Origin: Octopus vulgaris
Lineage: Eukaryota
Length of the DNA: 64,000 bases
NCBI GenBank assembly: GCA_951406725.2
Contig: OX597815.1
Location: 206,460,001 to 206,524,000 of the forward strand
Direction: 5' to 3'
Position 1 is the stretch's first letter, and the number at the start of each line of letters is the position of its first letter. Positions 1 through 12,412 of this stretch are shown piece by piece. A program made the position numbers and the translations under genes. The notes below the pieces were generated by a model. That model searched no databases. It was not told where the DNA came from and was given only the letters and a program-made list of their open reading frames with translations.

Positions 1-63
1 CAACTTTCAGCGCTGAAAACATCTCGTCTCCTACCATTTGCATTCTGCCGCCTTTGCTACCAT

Positions 64-74
<11 letters not shown>

Positions 75-98
<24 letters not shown>

Positions 99-315
99 TT
101 GTTGTTAAGCAACAAGACGAGCAAGGGTGATTAGGTGATGGTCTAGGGCTTAGGGGCGGGAGACCCCAGACCTTGGAAAACAAAAAAACTTTGGTCGTCT
201 TGTGAGTAGTCGAGGGCTCTTCGTTGACGCCCGACACCACTGGGAAGTGGCCCTCGAAGTCGCTGGAAATGGAGATCTCCAGGTCCAAATTCTTGAACGG
301 CTGCTGGTGCCGCTG
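75..315 (-). repeat. GC-rich segment, copy 1 of an inverted pair with 44898-45150
   Basis: Reverse complement aligns by eye with 44898-45150 including the (CAA)n(CAG)n tail. Confidence 0.9.
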
Positions 316-920
316 CTATTGTTGCTTTTGTTAATACTGCCGTAGCAGTAGTACAGTTATATGGACTTTGAACTTACGATGCTTATAAATCCTTTTTCTG
401 CCTTTCCAAAGAGAGCTGCAGCTCTCTTTGGGATTCATCTCCTACTACTTCTTTCAGCTTGATGACTTTGAAAGCCAGCACCATGTTTGTAAAAAATACG
501 TTTCCTCAAGTAAAATTCGAAGATTCTTTTCAACGTATTTGAGTCAGAAAAGAAATAAAACAGACAACCAACGCTATGTATTCTAGTTGGTTTAAATAAA
601 TGCTATATAACAAAATTCCAACAATTAACAGCTTTTTACCATATAGACAGACGAACAAACATTACTAGCGACTCGAGATAAATTGTTGCTGACATCATCA
701 ACTCGACGAGGACGACATTAGTAATAATTTTCAACGCATTTTTATTGATGAGTACTAATTCAAACGGCATCAGTCTTTGCCTGGTATTTACTGGTATTTA
801 CAGTCTTTTACTGGTATTTACTTTACCCCACACAAGACGGAAAAAGCAAAGTCTGTTACAGACGTTTTTGTGAAATGACGTAACTAAATATAGCAAGATA
901 ATAATACTAATAAAATTTAA

Positions 921-950
921 CTGAAGACGAAGACGATGATGACGATGACA

Positions 951-983
<33 letters not shown>

Positions 984-1004
984 AAGAAGAAGAAGAATAA
1001 GGAA

Positions 1005-1037
<33 letters not shown>

Positions 1038-1235
1038 AAGAAGAAGAAGAAGAAGAAGGAAAAGAAGTAGAAGAAGAAGAAGAAGAAGGAAAAGTAGTAG
1101 TAGTAGTAGTAGTAGTAGTTGAAGTAGAAGAAGAAGAAGAAGAAGAATAAGGAAAAGTAGTAGTAGTAGTAGTAGTAGTAGTAGAAGAAGAAGAAGAAGA
1201 AGAAGAAGGAAAAGAAGTAGAAGAAGAAGAAGGAA

Positions 1236-1277
<42 letters not shown>

Positions 1278-1508
1278 AAGAAGAAGAAGTGGAAGAAGAA
1301 GGAAAAGAAGTAGAAGAAGAAGAAGAAGAAGAAGAAGGAAAAGAAGTAGAAGAAGAAGAAGAAGAAGGAAAAGTAGTAGTAGTAGTAGTAGTAGTAGTTG
1401 AAGTAGAAGACGAAGAAGAAGAAGAATAAGGAAAAGTAGTAGTAGTAGTAGTAGTAGTAGAAGAAGAAGAAGAAGAAGAAGGAAAAGAAGTAGAAGAAGA
1501 AGAAGGAA

Positions 1509-1550
<42 letters not shown>

Positions 1551-1766
1551 AAGAAGAAGAAGAAGAAGAAGAAGAAAAAGAAGAAGAAGAAGAAGAAGAA
1601 GAAGAAGAAGGAAAAGAAGTAGAAGAAGAAGAAGAAGAAGGAAAAGTAGTAGTAGTAGTAGTAGTAGTAGTTGAAGTAGAAGAAGAAGAAGAAGAAGGAA
1701 AAGAAGTAGAAGAAGAAGAAGAAGAAGGAGGAAAAGAAGTAGAAGAAGAAGAAGAAGAAGAAGGAA

Positions 1767-1800
<34 letters not shown>

Positions 1801-1983
1801 TGAAGAAGAAGAAGAAGAAGAAGAAGGAAAAGAAGTAGAAGAAGAAGAAGAAGAAGGAGAAGGAAAAGAAGTAGAAGAAGGAAGAAGGAAAAGAAGTACA
1901 AGAAGAAGAAGAAGAAAAAGAAGAAGAAGAAGAAGAAGAAGAAGAAGAAGAAGAAGAAGAAGAAGAAGAAGAAGAAGAAGAAG

Positions 1984-2018
<35 letters not shown>

Positions 2019-2024
2019 TAACAA
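921..2024. repeat. Compound (GTA)n/(GAA)n trinucleotide satellite with higher-order periodicity
   Basis: Alternating GTA and GAA blocks joined by GGAAAA; landmark variants recur at 279 and 273 bp spacing. Confidence 0.95.
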
Positions 2025-2228
2025 CCGCAGTTACAAAAAAAAAAAAGAGGGAAAGGAGTGAAAAGAAACAGAGCATAAAAGATGGAAAGAAAATATAAAT
2101 GCTTCGTATTTCTGGGCTGGATTTTGATGACATATTTTTTGACAAGATGCATGGGCTCCCGGAGAATTGTGGGATAGCATCGTAATATATTTTCATTATT
2201 TTTCAAAAGTGTCGGAAGATAAATCATA

Positions 2229-2262
2229 ACCGCCGAAAAGTAGTTTTTGCCGCCATTTTTTT
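2229..2262 (-). promoter_or_regulatory. YY1-type motif (AAAATGGCGGC), possible promoter/5' end of a leftward transcript
   Basis: gccgccatttt at about 2249-2259 in a CpG-richer unique patch; motif match only. Confidence 0.3.
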
Positions 2263-2368
2263 TTTTTTTTTATTCGAAGATACGGGAAGCTGGAGTCAGA
2301 GATTGACGAATGAGTATGGCTTTGCAGGGCTGTTTTTCGTTACCGACTCTTTAGTGTGTCCAATATTC

Positions 2369-2800
2369 GGATCTTTTCGGTTTGAACGGCAGTTTTTAAA
2401 AAATAATTTCCACGTAACTAAACACTTTTAAACTTCGTATACTGGTAGAATGTGTTTTCTCTTGGCTTTATGGAGAAAATTCTATAGTTTGTAAGATATT
2501 TGTTGTTTTTTTTTCTTCAATTTCTGCAATTTCAACCAATCAGTGACGTCTATTGAGGTAAAAACCATTCTGTGCCGTATGAATAAGTCCCTCGTTTAAG
2601 AAACAGATTGGGTTTATTTACATTTGTGAAGAAAAACGATACCCTTCCCCCCACTCCTAATCCTAACCCTAACCCTAACTAACCCTAACCCTAACCCTAA
2701 AACAGATTGAAATGTAATAGATCGATTCTAGGGTCATAATTATGGGTGACAATTTCATATGACACCGCTAGAAAAACTGCCGTTCAAACCGAAAAGATCC
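2369..2800. mobile_element. MITE with 29-bp TIRs, ~8-bp TSD and internal (CCCTAA)n
   Basis: ggatcttttcggtttgaacggcagttttt ... aaaaactgccgttcaaaccgaaaagatcc; flanks caatattc / caatatta. Confidence 0.9.
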
Positions 2801-3059
2801 CAATATTATTGTAGATGCGAATTAAGTACAATGGAGAAATGCACAATGAACAGTTGCACATAGCTAGTATGAAGTGTGCCACGCTGTGCCATGAGTTCTT
2901 AAAACTTCGATGTTGACGTATGGACGCAATCAGGGGCGTAGGCATTTTAAAACTCTAAGGAACCCTTACGGAACCCTGACTGCAGTTGATTTCTTTCAGA
3001 AGGAGAGAAAGAAAGACAAAGAAAGCTAGTGTAAGAGAAAGTGAAGTACAAGGATGTTA

Positions 3060-3182
3060 CTTTCGTTATCGACCCCAAAAGAATGAAAGGCAAAGTTAAC
3101 CCCGGCAGGATTTGAACTCAGAAAGCTGAGCCGGAACAATTACACGAAGCAATCTATTCAATGCTGTAACGATTCTGCCAAT
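3060..3182 (-). mobile_element. Diverged family-B SINE fragment
   Basis: atcgacccc..aatgaaaggcaaag..atttgaactcaga matches family B. Confidence 0.7.
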
Positions 3183-3218
3183 CGTACACCTACTATAAAG
3201 TGTATATACACTTGTTTA

Positions 3219-3610
3219 GGGTGGCGAGCTGGCAGAAACGTTAGCACGCCGGGCGAAACGTTGTGAGTTCAAATTCCGCGGAGGTCGACTTTGCCTTTCA
3301 TCCTTTCGGGGACGACAAATTAAGTACCAGTTATCTACTGGGGTCGATGTAATCGACTTAATACCTATGTCTGTCCTTGTTTGTCCCCTCTGCGTTTAAC
3401 CCATTGTGGGTAATAAAGAAATAGGTATTTCACCTGTCGCAACGTTGTGAGTTCAAATTCCGCCGAGGTTGTCTTTGCCTTTCATCCTTTCGGGGTCGAT
3501 AAATTAAGTACCAGTTACGCACTGGGGTCGATGAAATTGACTTAATCCCTTTGTCTGTCCTTGTTTGTCCCTTCTATGTTTAGCCCCTTGTGGGTAGTAA
3601 AAGAAATATA
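3219..3610 (+). mobile_element. Family-B tRNA-headed SINE (Nin/Deu-domain-like core), tandem dimer
   Basis: Head ggcgagctggcagaaacgttagc, B-box-like gagttcaaattcc, core gcctttcatcctttcggggtcgataaattaagtaccag present twice. Confidence 0.85.
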
Positions 3611-4068
3611 TATATATACACTTGTTTTCGCTTCCAGTGCTGAATTAAAATCAGTTCATGAACAAAACGTGAGGACAAACCAGTATCTATTCGCAATGGC
3701 GAATTATGACTCATTCATTCACCGCTTTGCAAATTAACACATTACCAAACACACTGTGACACCCCCGTTCATTGGTGACTAAAAAGAAGTAAAAAAAGAA
3801 GACATAGACAAGTAAAGATAATACCAAAAATGGGCACTAGTTTTATCAGTCATGCTACATCAGTAACAATTGCACGCCCTTTACAACTAAGAGACACACA
3901 GTAGGCGTCTGCGTCGAAAAGGAAAATATATGGGGCTCCGCACGCAATAAAATATTGTAAAGCATTTGTAACAATTGTATATTTAATTTTTAAAAAAATA
4001 ATTTTTGTCGTTTGTTCCCTTTTGACATTTGTGAATTGAGTTGTAGATTTTAGCATAAAGATACTACA

Positions 4069-4520
<452 letters not shown>

Positions 4521-4884
4521 GGATGGATGAAGCTAAAAAAAATATTCCTAGACGTTGACTAGAGTGACGATAGTAGCAGAAATTTTTCCTTTAACCCATT
4601 TTAGTTTGTAACGTTGTCTGAAATAAATCTTTAAAACAGATGCTACATTAAAAAACAAAAAAAAGAAAGATGTGTAAAGAAAAAAAAAAGTAAAAAGACA
4701 AGCTTAACAGACCTCAACATATAAACATTATTTTTTTATCATTACTTTTCTAAGCTATTTCATTGAACCATTCGCGGCTCTGCGTTTCTGTTTGTTCTTA
4801 TTCTCTCTTCAAGCCATTGAAATATTACATAACAATTTTGACAGATTTCAAAAGGTATAAAAAGGCATAAAAATAAACAACAAG

Positions 4885-5040
4885 CAATGACTGTGTGGTA
4901 AAGAAGCCTGCCTTGCAAGCACGTGGTTTCGGGTTCAAATGCACTGTTTGGCACCTTAGGCAAAATCTCTTCTACTAAAGATTCAAGCCAACCAATACCT
5001 GGTGAGTGAAGCTGGAAGATGAAAGCAGTGTGTAAGCCCT
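4885..5040 (+). mobile_element. Diverged family-A SINE 5' fragment
   Basis: tgactgtgtggtaaagaagc..gggttcaaat..ggcaccttagggcaaa. Confidence 0.7.
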
Positions 5041-5131
5041 ATATATATGTATGTATGTATGTGTGTGTATATATATATATGTGTGTGTGTGTATATATAT
5101 ATATATGTATTAGAATATATATATATATATA

Positions 5132-5525
5132 TCTTTATATATAAAAGTAAGGTTGTGTGCTGTCTGTCTCCTACGATTTAGATTCCTAACTACTCCCACA
5201 TTTTGCGGTGCAGTTTAACCAACACCAGGTATCTTATAGTCGTCATTCATATCGAGCCCTTCTGGGTATTAGTGCGCGTCTACGATGAGTCTACGATTTA
5301 AAAAAAAAATTACCATCAATTTTTCCTATTTTTAATGCATTTTTGGCATATATAAGGGAAGTAACTCTCTAAAAATTTATTATTAAATCTCAGAACGTTA
5401 AAAGCTACAGTAACACCCCCTTTGTGGTTAGCCATATTGAGATGGCTATTATACTTTACATCTCTAAAAATGCTTATATAGTTATTTCCCTTACAAACCC
5501 GAGCAACGCCGGGCGATACTGCTAG
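5132..5525 (+). mobile_element. Non-autonomous Helitron (family H1)
   Basis: A|TC 5' end, subterminal hairpin cccgagcaacgccggg, CTAG|T 3' end, no TSD; near-identical copies at 23049 and 63734. Confidence 0.88.
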
Positions 5526-5722
5526 TATATATATAAATAAGCAACAAGGATATCCAGAGGTAATGCAGTACGATCGTTTCATGTTGAAATATAGCATTAT
5601 TAATATTACGGCACCGTATGACAAAACCATTCACACCGAAAGCATATATGGAAAGTTCTTTTTTTTTTTACATATAACAAATACGAACAAATATAGTTCT
5701 TAAATTTGAGAGGCAGAAGGTG

Positions 5723-5820
5723 ACTAATTCGGCTGGTGTAAAGGTAACTCACTTAGTCGCGTTAATATAGGGATGTGGGTTCAAGTCCCACGCGGATAGT
5801 AAAGTCTTCATTTTTTTTTT
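5723..5820 (+). ncRNA. tRNA-like Pol III cassette (not a canonical tRNA)
   Basis: A-box-like tggtgtaaagg, T-arm gtggg-ttcaagt-cccac, partial acceptor pairing, T10 run downstream. Confidence 0.45.
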
Positions 5821-6069
5821 GTCGAGGGCTTATATGCCCCGTTATTAGACTATTTTCCTTGGTCATTGCACGGTGATCGCCATAAACTTTGAGCTTATAT
5901 AAAAAATACCAGCTTTATTATTTACAGGATTGTAAAATACAGCACCGTATAACAAAACCGTTTTCACAGAAAGCGTATATATGATCTATCTATCTATATA
6001 TATTATAAACAACATATATTATCTACACCCACCCACGCAAACACACACACACATCATATCTATCTATTT

Positions 6070-6147
6070 CATACATACATACCTACATACATACCTACAT
6101 ACATACATACATACATACATACATACATGCATGCATACATACATACA

Positions 6148-6181
<34 letters not shown>

Positions 6182-6704
6182 CATACATACAGATACATAC
6201 ATACATATATACATACATACAGATACATACATACATACATACAGATACATACATACATATATACATACATACAGATACATACATACATGCATGCATACAT
6301 ACATACATGCATACATACATACATGCATACATACATACGTACATACATACATACATACATACATGCATGCATACATACATACATACATACATAAAAACAT
6401 ACATACATACATACATACATGCATAAATACATACATACATGCATACACACATACATGCATACATATATACAAGCATACATACATACATACATACATATGT
6501 ATGTAGGTATGTATGTATGCATGCATGCATGTATGTATGTATGTATGTATGTATGTATGCATGTATGCATTCATGCATGCATGCATGCATGCATGGATGC
6601 ATACATGCATACATACATTCATACATATATACATACATGCATGCATGCATACATACATACCTACATACATACCTACATACCTACATACATACATAATACA
6701 TACA

Positions 6705-6737
<33 letters not shown>

Positions 6738-6845
6738 GCATACACACATACATGCATACATATATACATGCATGCATACATACATACATACATACATACA
6801 TACATACATACATACATGCATGCATACATACATACATACATATAC
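6070..6845. repeat. (TACA)n microsatellite with inverted (TATG)n core
   Basis: Orientation flips at about 6496-6600. Confidence 0.95.
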
Positions 6846-7084
6846 GTTCTCCGCCATTTTCCTATGAGACGATGACCTAACAGCTGCAGGCTAAATAAAT
6901 GCAATATCAAATTAAAATAGAAATATATGTAAGAAGAGTAAGAGAGTAGGAAGGAAACAGAAGTGTATTGTTCACTCTTGTTTTCTACAGTGACCGAGAG
7001 GGCCTATTGTAGTAGAGAAGTATGTGTTACAAAGCGCACACTAATTTTCATGCATACCAAGTTTGTTATGGTTGTCGGGTCCCC

Positions 7085-7133
<49 letters not shown>

Positions 7134-7402
7134 TTAAGCATATATATATGTATATATGATCAGCAAAATTTAGATTCAGATGAATATGGTACTTAAGTTA
7201 AAGGCACCAGAATTTTGTATGGTATTATCCATCCACTTTCTTGTTGCTTATTTTGACTATATGTATATATACTTATACATACATACATACACATATATAT
7301 ATATAAGCATTTAAGCACATACATATATGCATAAATACATACACACACACACACATATATAAACACATATAAATGCATACATACGCACAGATATATATAT
7401 AA

Positions 7403-7454
<52 letters not shown>

Positions 7455-7574
7455 ACACAAATATATGATAAATACTTTTATTAATAAAGAAAAATCGTAA
7501 AATATAAGCAATTTAAGAACTCAATATTAAGTAAAGCTTATCAATATATTTTGTCTGATTTGCTATATATGTAT

Positions 7575-7997
7575 AGTTAAAGAAGTGATTTTGTTTTAAT
7601 TCTCAAACGCAGGATAATGCTAATAATATAGCCTGAACAGGATAAACTACCCCTATTTTGCGGAAAAAAAGTGTTGGCGGCCAGCTATGAGACACGAACT
7701 TACATCCCCGTGATTACGCGTCAGAGGTGCTTTGACCTTTAAGCTAAACTGCCCTCACCACAAAATCTTCCGCAAATTTAAGATATATAGAAATCCTGCT
7801 TTATGAGACGCTATCGTACGTTAAATTCAAATTACGATGAAAGTAAAGAAACAAACGAAGTTTGCTTTAATAGCGTTGAGATGTCTTAGAAAGTTAAAGA
7901 AGTGATTTTTTTAAATTCTCAAACGCAGGATAATTCTAATAATATAACCTGAACAGGATAAACTACCCCTATTTTGCAGAAAGAAGTGTTGGCGGCC
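7575..7997. repeat. ~107 bp direct repeat (7575-7682, 7892-7997), period 317 bp
   Basis: agttaaagaagtgatt...gtgttggcggcc occurs twice. Confidence 0.92.
7664..7753 (-). ncRNA. tRNA-like Pol III cassette (not a canonical tRNA)
   Basis: ggcagtt-ta-gctt-aaaggtca-aagc D arm, extended anticodon-like arm with loop cgcgtaa, B-box-like agttcgtgtct, ..ggccgcca then T7. Confidence 0.5.
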
Positions 7998-8102
7998 TAC
8001 ATTTTCCATCTGTTTTCTCTCCTTATTTCTTTTTCTAGAAACCTCGAAGTCCCTTTCCTTTCTTTCTGTGCGCCAAACTAATACACCTTGGTTGTTGTTC
8101 CT

Positions 8103-8243
8103 TCATCATCATCATTGTTCGACCGTGGTCGAGACAATGGAATTTACCATGCTACGCCAGACTTCACGGTCCATCATGGCATTACGGAGGTCCTGTTGCT
8201 GGATGCCTGTATCCCTTTGTTGTTCCTTGGACTGCCTCTCTCT
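8103..8243 (-). mobile_element. RTE-clade LINE 3' end
   Basis: Encodes RDTGIQQQDLRNAMMDREVWRSMVNSIVSTTVEQ* (DRxxWR C-terminal motif) followed by a (TGA)n tail. Confidence 0.7.
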
Positions 8244-8327
8244 TTTGTTTCTTGTTGTTTGCACAATATATATGTTTGTTTTGTACACCACTTGTCTTCG
8301 TCTTTTGTTTTTTTCGTAAACTCTCCC

Positions 8328-8386
<59 letters not shown>

Positions 8387-8724
8387 GCGCGCGTGCATGA
8401 ATATAAATTGATACATACAAGTCTGTATATGTATAGATGCATATCAATCTATCTATAAATACATAAATACATACGTAATGTTTCACGATGCAACGTAGAA
8501 TAAGATGTATTCATCGTAGAGTCATGATTAACACGTTCGTGTGTAAAATTCTCCACTGATATTTCTGTATAAACATATTTTATTTTGTTCGTGAATGACG
8601 TCATTGGATCGTAGGAGGCATGCGTTCCTACTTCGTTCCGCTTCGTCAGTTACGGAAATCATCTCTATTGCTCATAGCCCAATAAGAATAGAATTTATCC
8701 GTGTATTCATATATTCCAAACATC

Positions 8725-9050
8725 AGCTTAACTTTGACAAAACTATTTTACACTCTATATTCCTTCCAACGTCGCTGTGAGCGCTATAACATTTGTATAA
8801 TGTGGAAAATATCCTATCAACGTTACGCAAATGATGCTGGCATCAACTTTAAAATTCATCGAAGTCTTGATCCATGAGCCATCCATCCTTTACAAAAATC
8901 GTGCTCGCACCACATCACAACAGAACTATTTCGCCTCAATTGGACTTGCTCTCATCATGTCAAGATGCATAAGAGAAGAAAAAGCCCTCACAACATTCGA
9001 AAAGTTTCTGAACGAATTCCTCGAGCAAATTCCAGATAAACTATCTACAT
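8725..9050 (+). mobile_element. Degenerate CR1-like LINE ORF2 C-terminus
   Basis: LYSFQRR..ERY...WKI and FEKFLNEFLEQIPDK resemble CR1 C-terminal motifs; frames disrupted. Confidence 0.6.
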
Positions 9051-9054
9051 CCAA

Positions 9055-9290
9055 ATATAACGGGAAGCTTTATGAAAATAAACAAAAGACGAAGGCAGGT
9101 GGAGTACAAACAAACAATTGTATTAGTATGGCGCTCAGGAATATAAATAAAACAAGTCTTTTACGTTTCGAGCCTACGCTCTTCAACAGAAAGATACACA
9201 GAAAAGAAACACGGAGAGAAATAAGGAGAGAAAAAAATGCGTGCAGAAGCTAGCGATTCAACATGGCGATTCTGGCCAGAAGTCAGAGAT
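9055..9290 (-). mobile_element. Probable Penelope-like terminal fragment with a hammerhead-like motif
   Basis: Related inverted fragments at about 8010-8085 and 8270-8330; minimal hammerhead-like fold at 9157-9194. Confidence 0.5.
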
Positions 9291-9786
9291 CCAAATATAT
9301 CTTTGCAAACAATCGAATGGGCTATAGTGTCCAAAGTATGACTGTAACATGAAACAGGATTAAATGTCTGTCTTCTCTAGGCGGTGTTTTTAAGCTAGTC
9401 ATGGCTTCAGCCAATTCTGGACGAAACCTATCTAAGTATAATAATTCTTTTAAAATTTAACTGAAATGAAGGCAATAATTTTCAAAAGAGATGTAACACC
9501 GAAAAAGATTAGAAATAGTTACATATGGAGGAAATTCTTCGAGACTGCAAAAGTGTCTTAATTACGTAGGAATTTATATACGTCTGCTTAAGTTTGCTTT
9601 AGTTAAATATGTTTGCTTAAGTTACGTTAAATAGGTTTTCTAAAATTGAGTTTCGTATAGACGGTAGAAAGTTAACGAAACGTATTTTATTTCCTCTGCT
9701 GTTGAGATGTTTTCAAGCTTAACGAATTCATTCTTTATTTTCTTTTTCTTTACTCCCTCCTCTCTCCCTCCTCTCTCCCTCCCCCC

Positions 9787-9837
<51 letters not shown>

Positions 9838-9902
9838 CATATATACATACATCTATATTATATATACATGTCTACATACATATATGCATACATACGTACT
9901 TA

Positions 9903-9944
<42 letters not shown>

Positions 9945-10377
9945 AAGACACACCCACACATACACACAAAATGACACGCCATCTTTTCTTTATTTAATCC
10001 GTTAGAATGCAATTTTTAAAACTCATCGTTGTTGACAAGAAACTCTTATTCAATTCCAGATTACTTTAACCTTTCTTCTCCTTTCTTCTCGTTTCCACGC
10101 TGTTTGTTTCTAATTAACTAATCATTAATATCTTAGATGAATTTCTCAAGGCAAAGTAGACCCACATAAACAGAGAAGCACACATGCACAGGGGCACACT
10201 TATGTACAGATGATACTAAATGTGTAACTGAAAACATTTGTGCACAGATGCCCAACTAAACAAATATTAGTGAGCTAAATTCTGAACTCATATTCATACA
10301 CGCATACACACACATACAAATGTGCATACAAACACACAGACACACAGACACACAGACACACACGCATTCTTTTCTTC

Positions 10378-10564
10378 TCTGCGGCCATACTGGAACACAG
10401 CCTTGAAGGATTTTAGTCGAACAAGTCGACCCAGGATTTATTTTTTTAAAAACCTAGTACTTATCCTATTGGTCCCTTTGGACGAAGTACTAAGTTACTG
10501 GGACGTAAACACACCAACACTGGTTGACAAGCAGTGATGGCGGGACAAGTACAGACACACACAA

Positions 10565-10624
<60 letters not shown>

Positions 10625-10786
10625 CGACGAGCCTCTTTCAGTTTCCGTCTACTAAGTCCACTCACAAGGCCTTGGTCGGCCCGAGGCTACTGGAAAAGAC
10701 ACTTGCCCAAGGTGTCACGCAGGACTGAAGCTGGAACCATGTGGTTGGGAAGCAAGCTTCTTACCACACAACCATGCCTGCACCTA
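10378..10786 (-). mobile_element. Family-A SINE, diverged
   Basis: Matches the family-A consensus seen at 41402-41799. Confidence 0.85.
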
Positions 10787-10912
10787 TGTATATACTTCCA
10801 TAAAATATAAAAAATGGTTATATACATATACACACATGTATATATATGTATATATATGTGTGTGTGTGTATGTTTGTATATGTGTTAGTGTTTGTATATA
10901 TAGATACAAATG

Positions 10913-10964
<52 letters not shown>

Positions 10965-11632
10965 AAAATGCCCCGCCTTCACCCACACATTTACACGCAC
11001 ACTCACCCACGCGATGTATTTAACACACTAATGAACATAATGGCGCATACACACATGAATGTACAGATGTTATTTGCTAACAGTTATTAAGATTATTTGA
11101 AATGAAAGATAAACAAAAATATGTAGAGTAATTGAATTGACGCAAGATTACATTCGTTCAGAGATTACGCGACCTTTTCTTTCAAAGACAATAAGCCTAT
11201 TTGTGGATATAGTTTTATGTTTTAGCATGGGTTTGGGTGAGTTTTAAAGAGGCCTTGTCGATGATATGAGTTCATGAGCCATTTCCTTTTGCAGAGAGGA
11301 AGAAGATAAGTTAAAAAATTAAAGTAAAGAAGCAGACGAGAATCGTATTTAAGATATGCTTTTGAGAAACGACGCTGTTTCTTATTAAGATATATTTAGT
11401 CTTGACAAAGAAAACCCCCTTTAATTCAAATTGCTTGATTACTGCCTTCTTGTTTTTTAGATATTCTTCAGAGATTAAGCTGTTTGTTTCTGTTGTTCTT
11501 TTTTCTTTATAAGATAGAACTTACATTTAAGTAAAAAATTTAACCTCTTACAAAGTATCTTTCATTTGAAATAATAAAGAAAATTGATTTTATTATGTGA
11601 TTTTATTTAATTTTTAACATTTCAGAGACCCT

Positions 11633-11712
11633 AACAGTTTTGTGAAATTAAGTAATTAAGTCTACAACCTTTGTGAAATTAAGTCTACAGTTTTGTGAAA
11701 TTAAGTCTACAA
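11633..11712. repeat. Three-copy ~21-28 bp minisatellite (tttgtgaaattaagtctaca)
   Basis: Direct observation. Confidence 0.85.
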
Positions 11713-12279
11713 CTGAGACTCGATATCTTGTCAAGCTCTTGTAGTTTGTAATCGTATTAACATGCTTATAACAAGTAATGAGTTGTCATCAACATATAAA
11801 GCAACGGATCATTTTTAATTGGTACTTTGTAGAACTTTATAGTAATACGTTTGATTCACTAATTCCTACTACAACAATTTGTGGAGGCTAGATTTTTTCT
11901 CCTTTTCCTATAAAGTTATGGGCGACGGATGTCCTTCTTCAGATGACTATAGCATAAAATATCTTGGTTCATAGCTAGTGATTTCTAAAATAGGCAGAAG
12001 GTGCATATATATTATTTTTAGCGGAAAAGAAGTCACCACCACTGCTTCAGTGTTCCTTTATTTTATCAGTCTGAAGAATGAAATGCAATATTGACTTCGT
12101 TGGGCTTTGAAACTTTGAACATAAGAAGTGATCTAACAGCGTAAGATCAATATACCTGATCTACTATTAAACTGTTTTAATTTCAACACATGATGTTCGA
12201 TCAATATTCCTCACAACTAGACAAGCCAAAATAATCTTATATGTTTTATCTGTAAAAATTAGTAAAAAAAAAAAAAAAG

Positions 12280-12412
12280 AAGTCGACCCAGGACTTATTT
12301 TTTTAAAAACCTAGTAATTATCCTATTGGTCCGTTTGGACGAACCACTAAGTTACTGGGACGTAAACACACCAACACTGGTTGACAAGCGGTGATGGGGG
12401 CAAATACAGACA
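12280..12412 (-). mobile_element. Family-A SINE fragment, sister of 10423-10557
   Basis: Shares private variants ttttaaaaacctag, tatcctattggtcc, gttactggg. Confidence 0.8.

Noticed and set aside
31-288. 85-aa ORF as an intact gene
   Set aside because: Non-ATG start, and the frame is not preserved in the second copy at 44.9 kb.
798-2227. Three ORFs over 400 aa (poly-L, S/T-rich mucin-like, poly-F/Y)
   Set aside because: All three frames are open only because the (TAC)/(TTC) satellite lacks stop codons; no independent coding evidence.
11633-11712. Short repeats as a CRISPR-like array
   Set aside because: Tandem units with no unique spacers, in a eukaryotic context.
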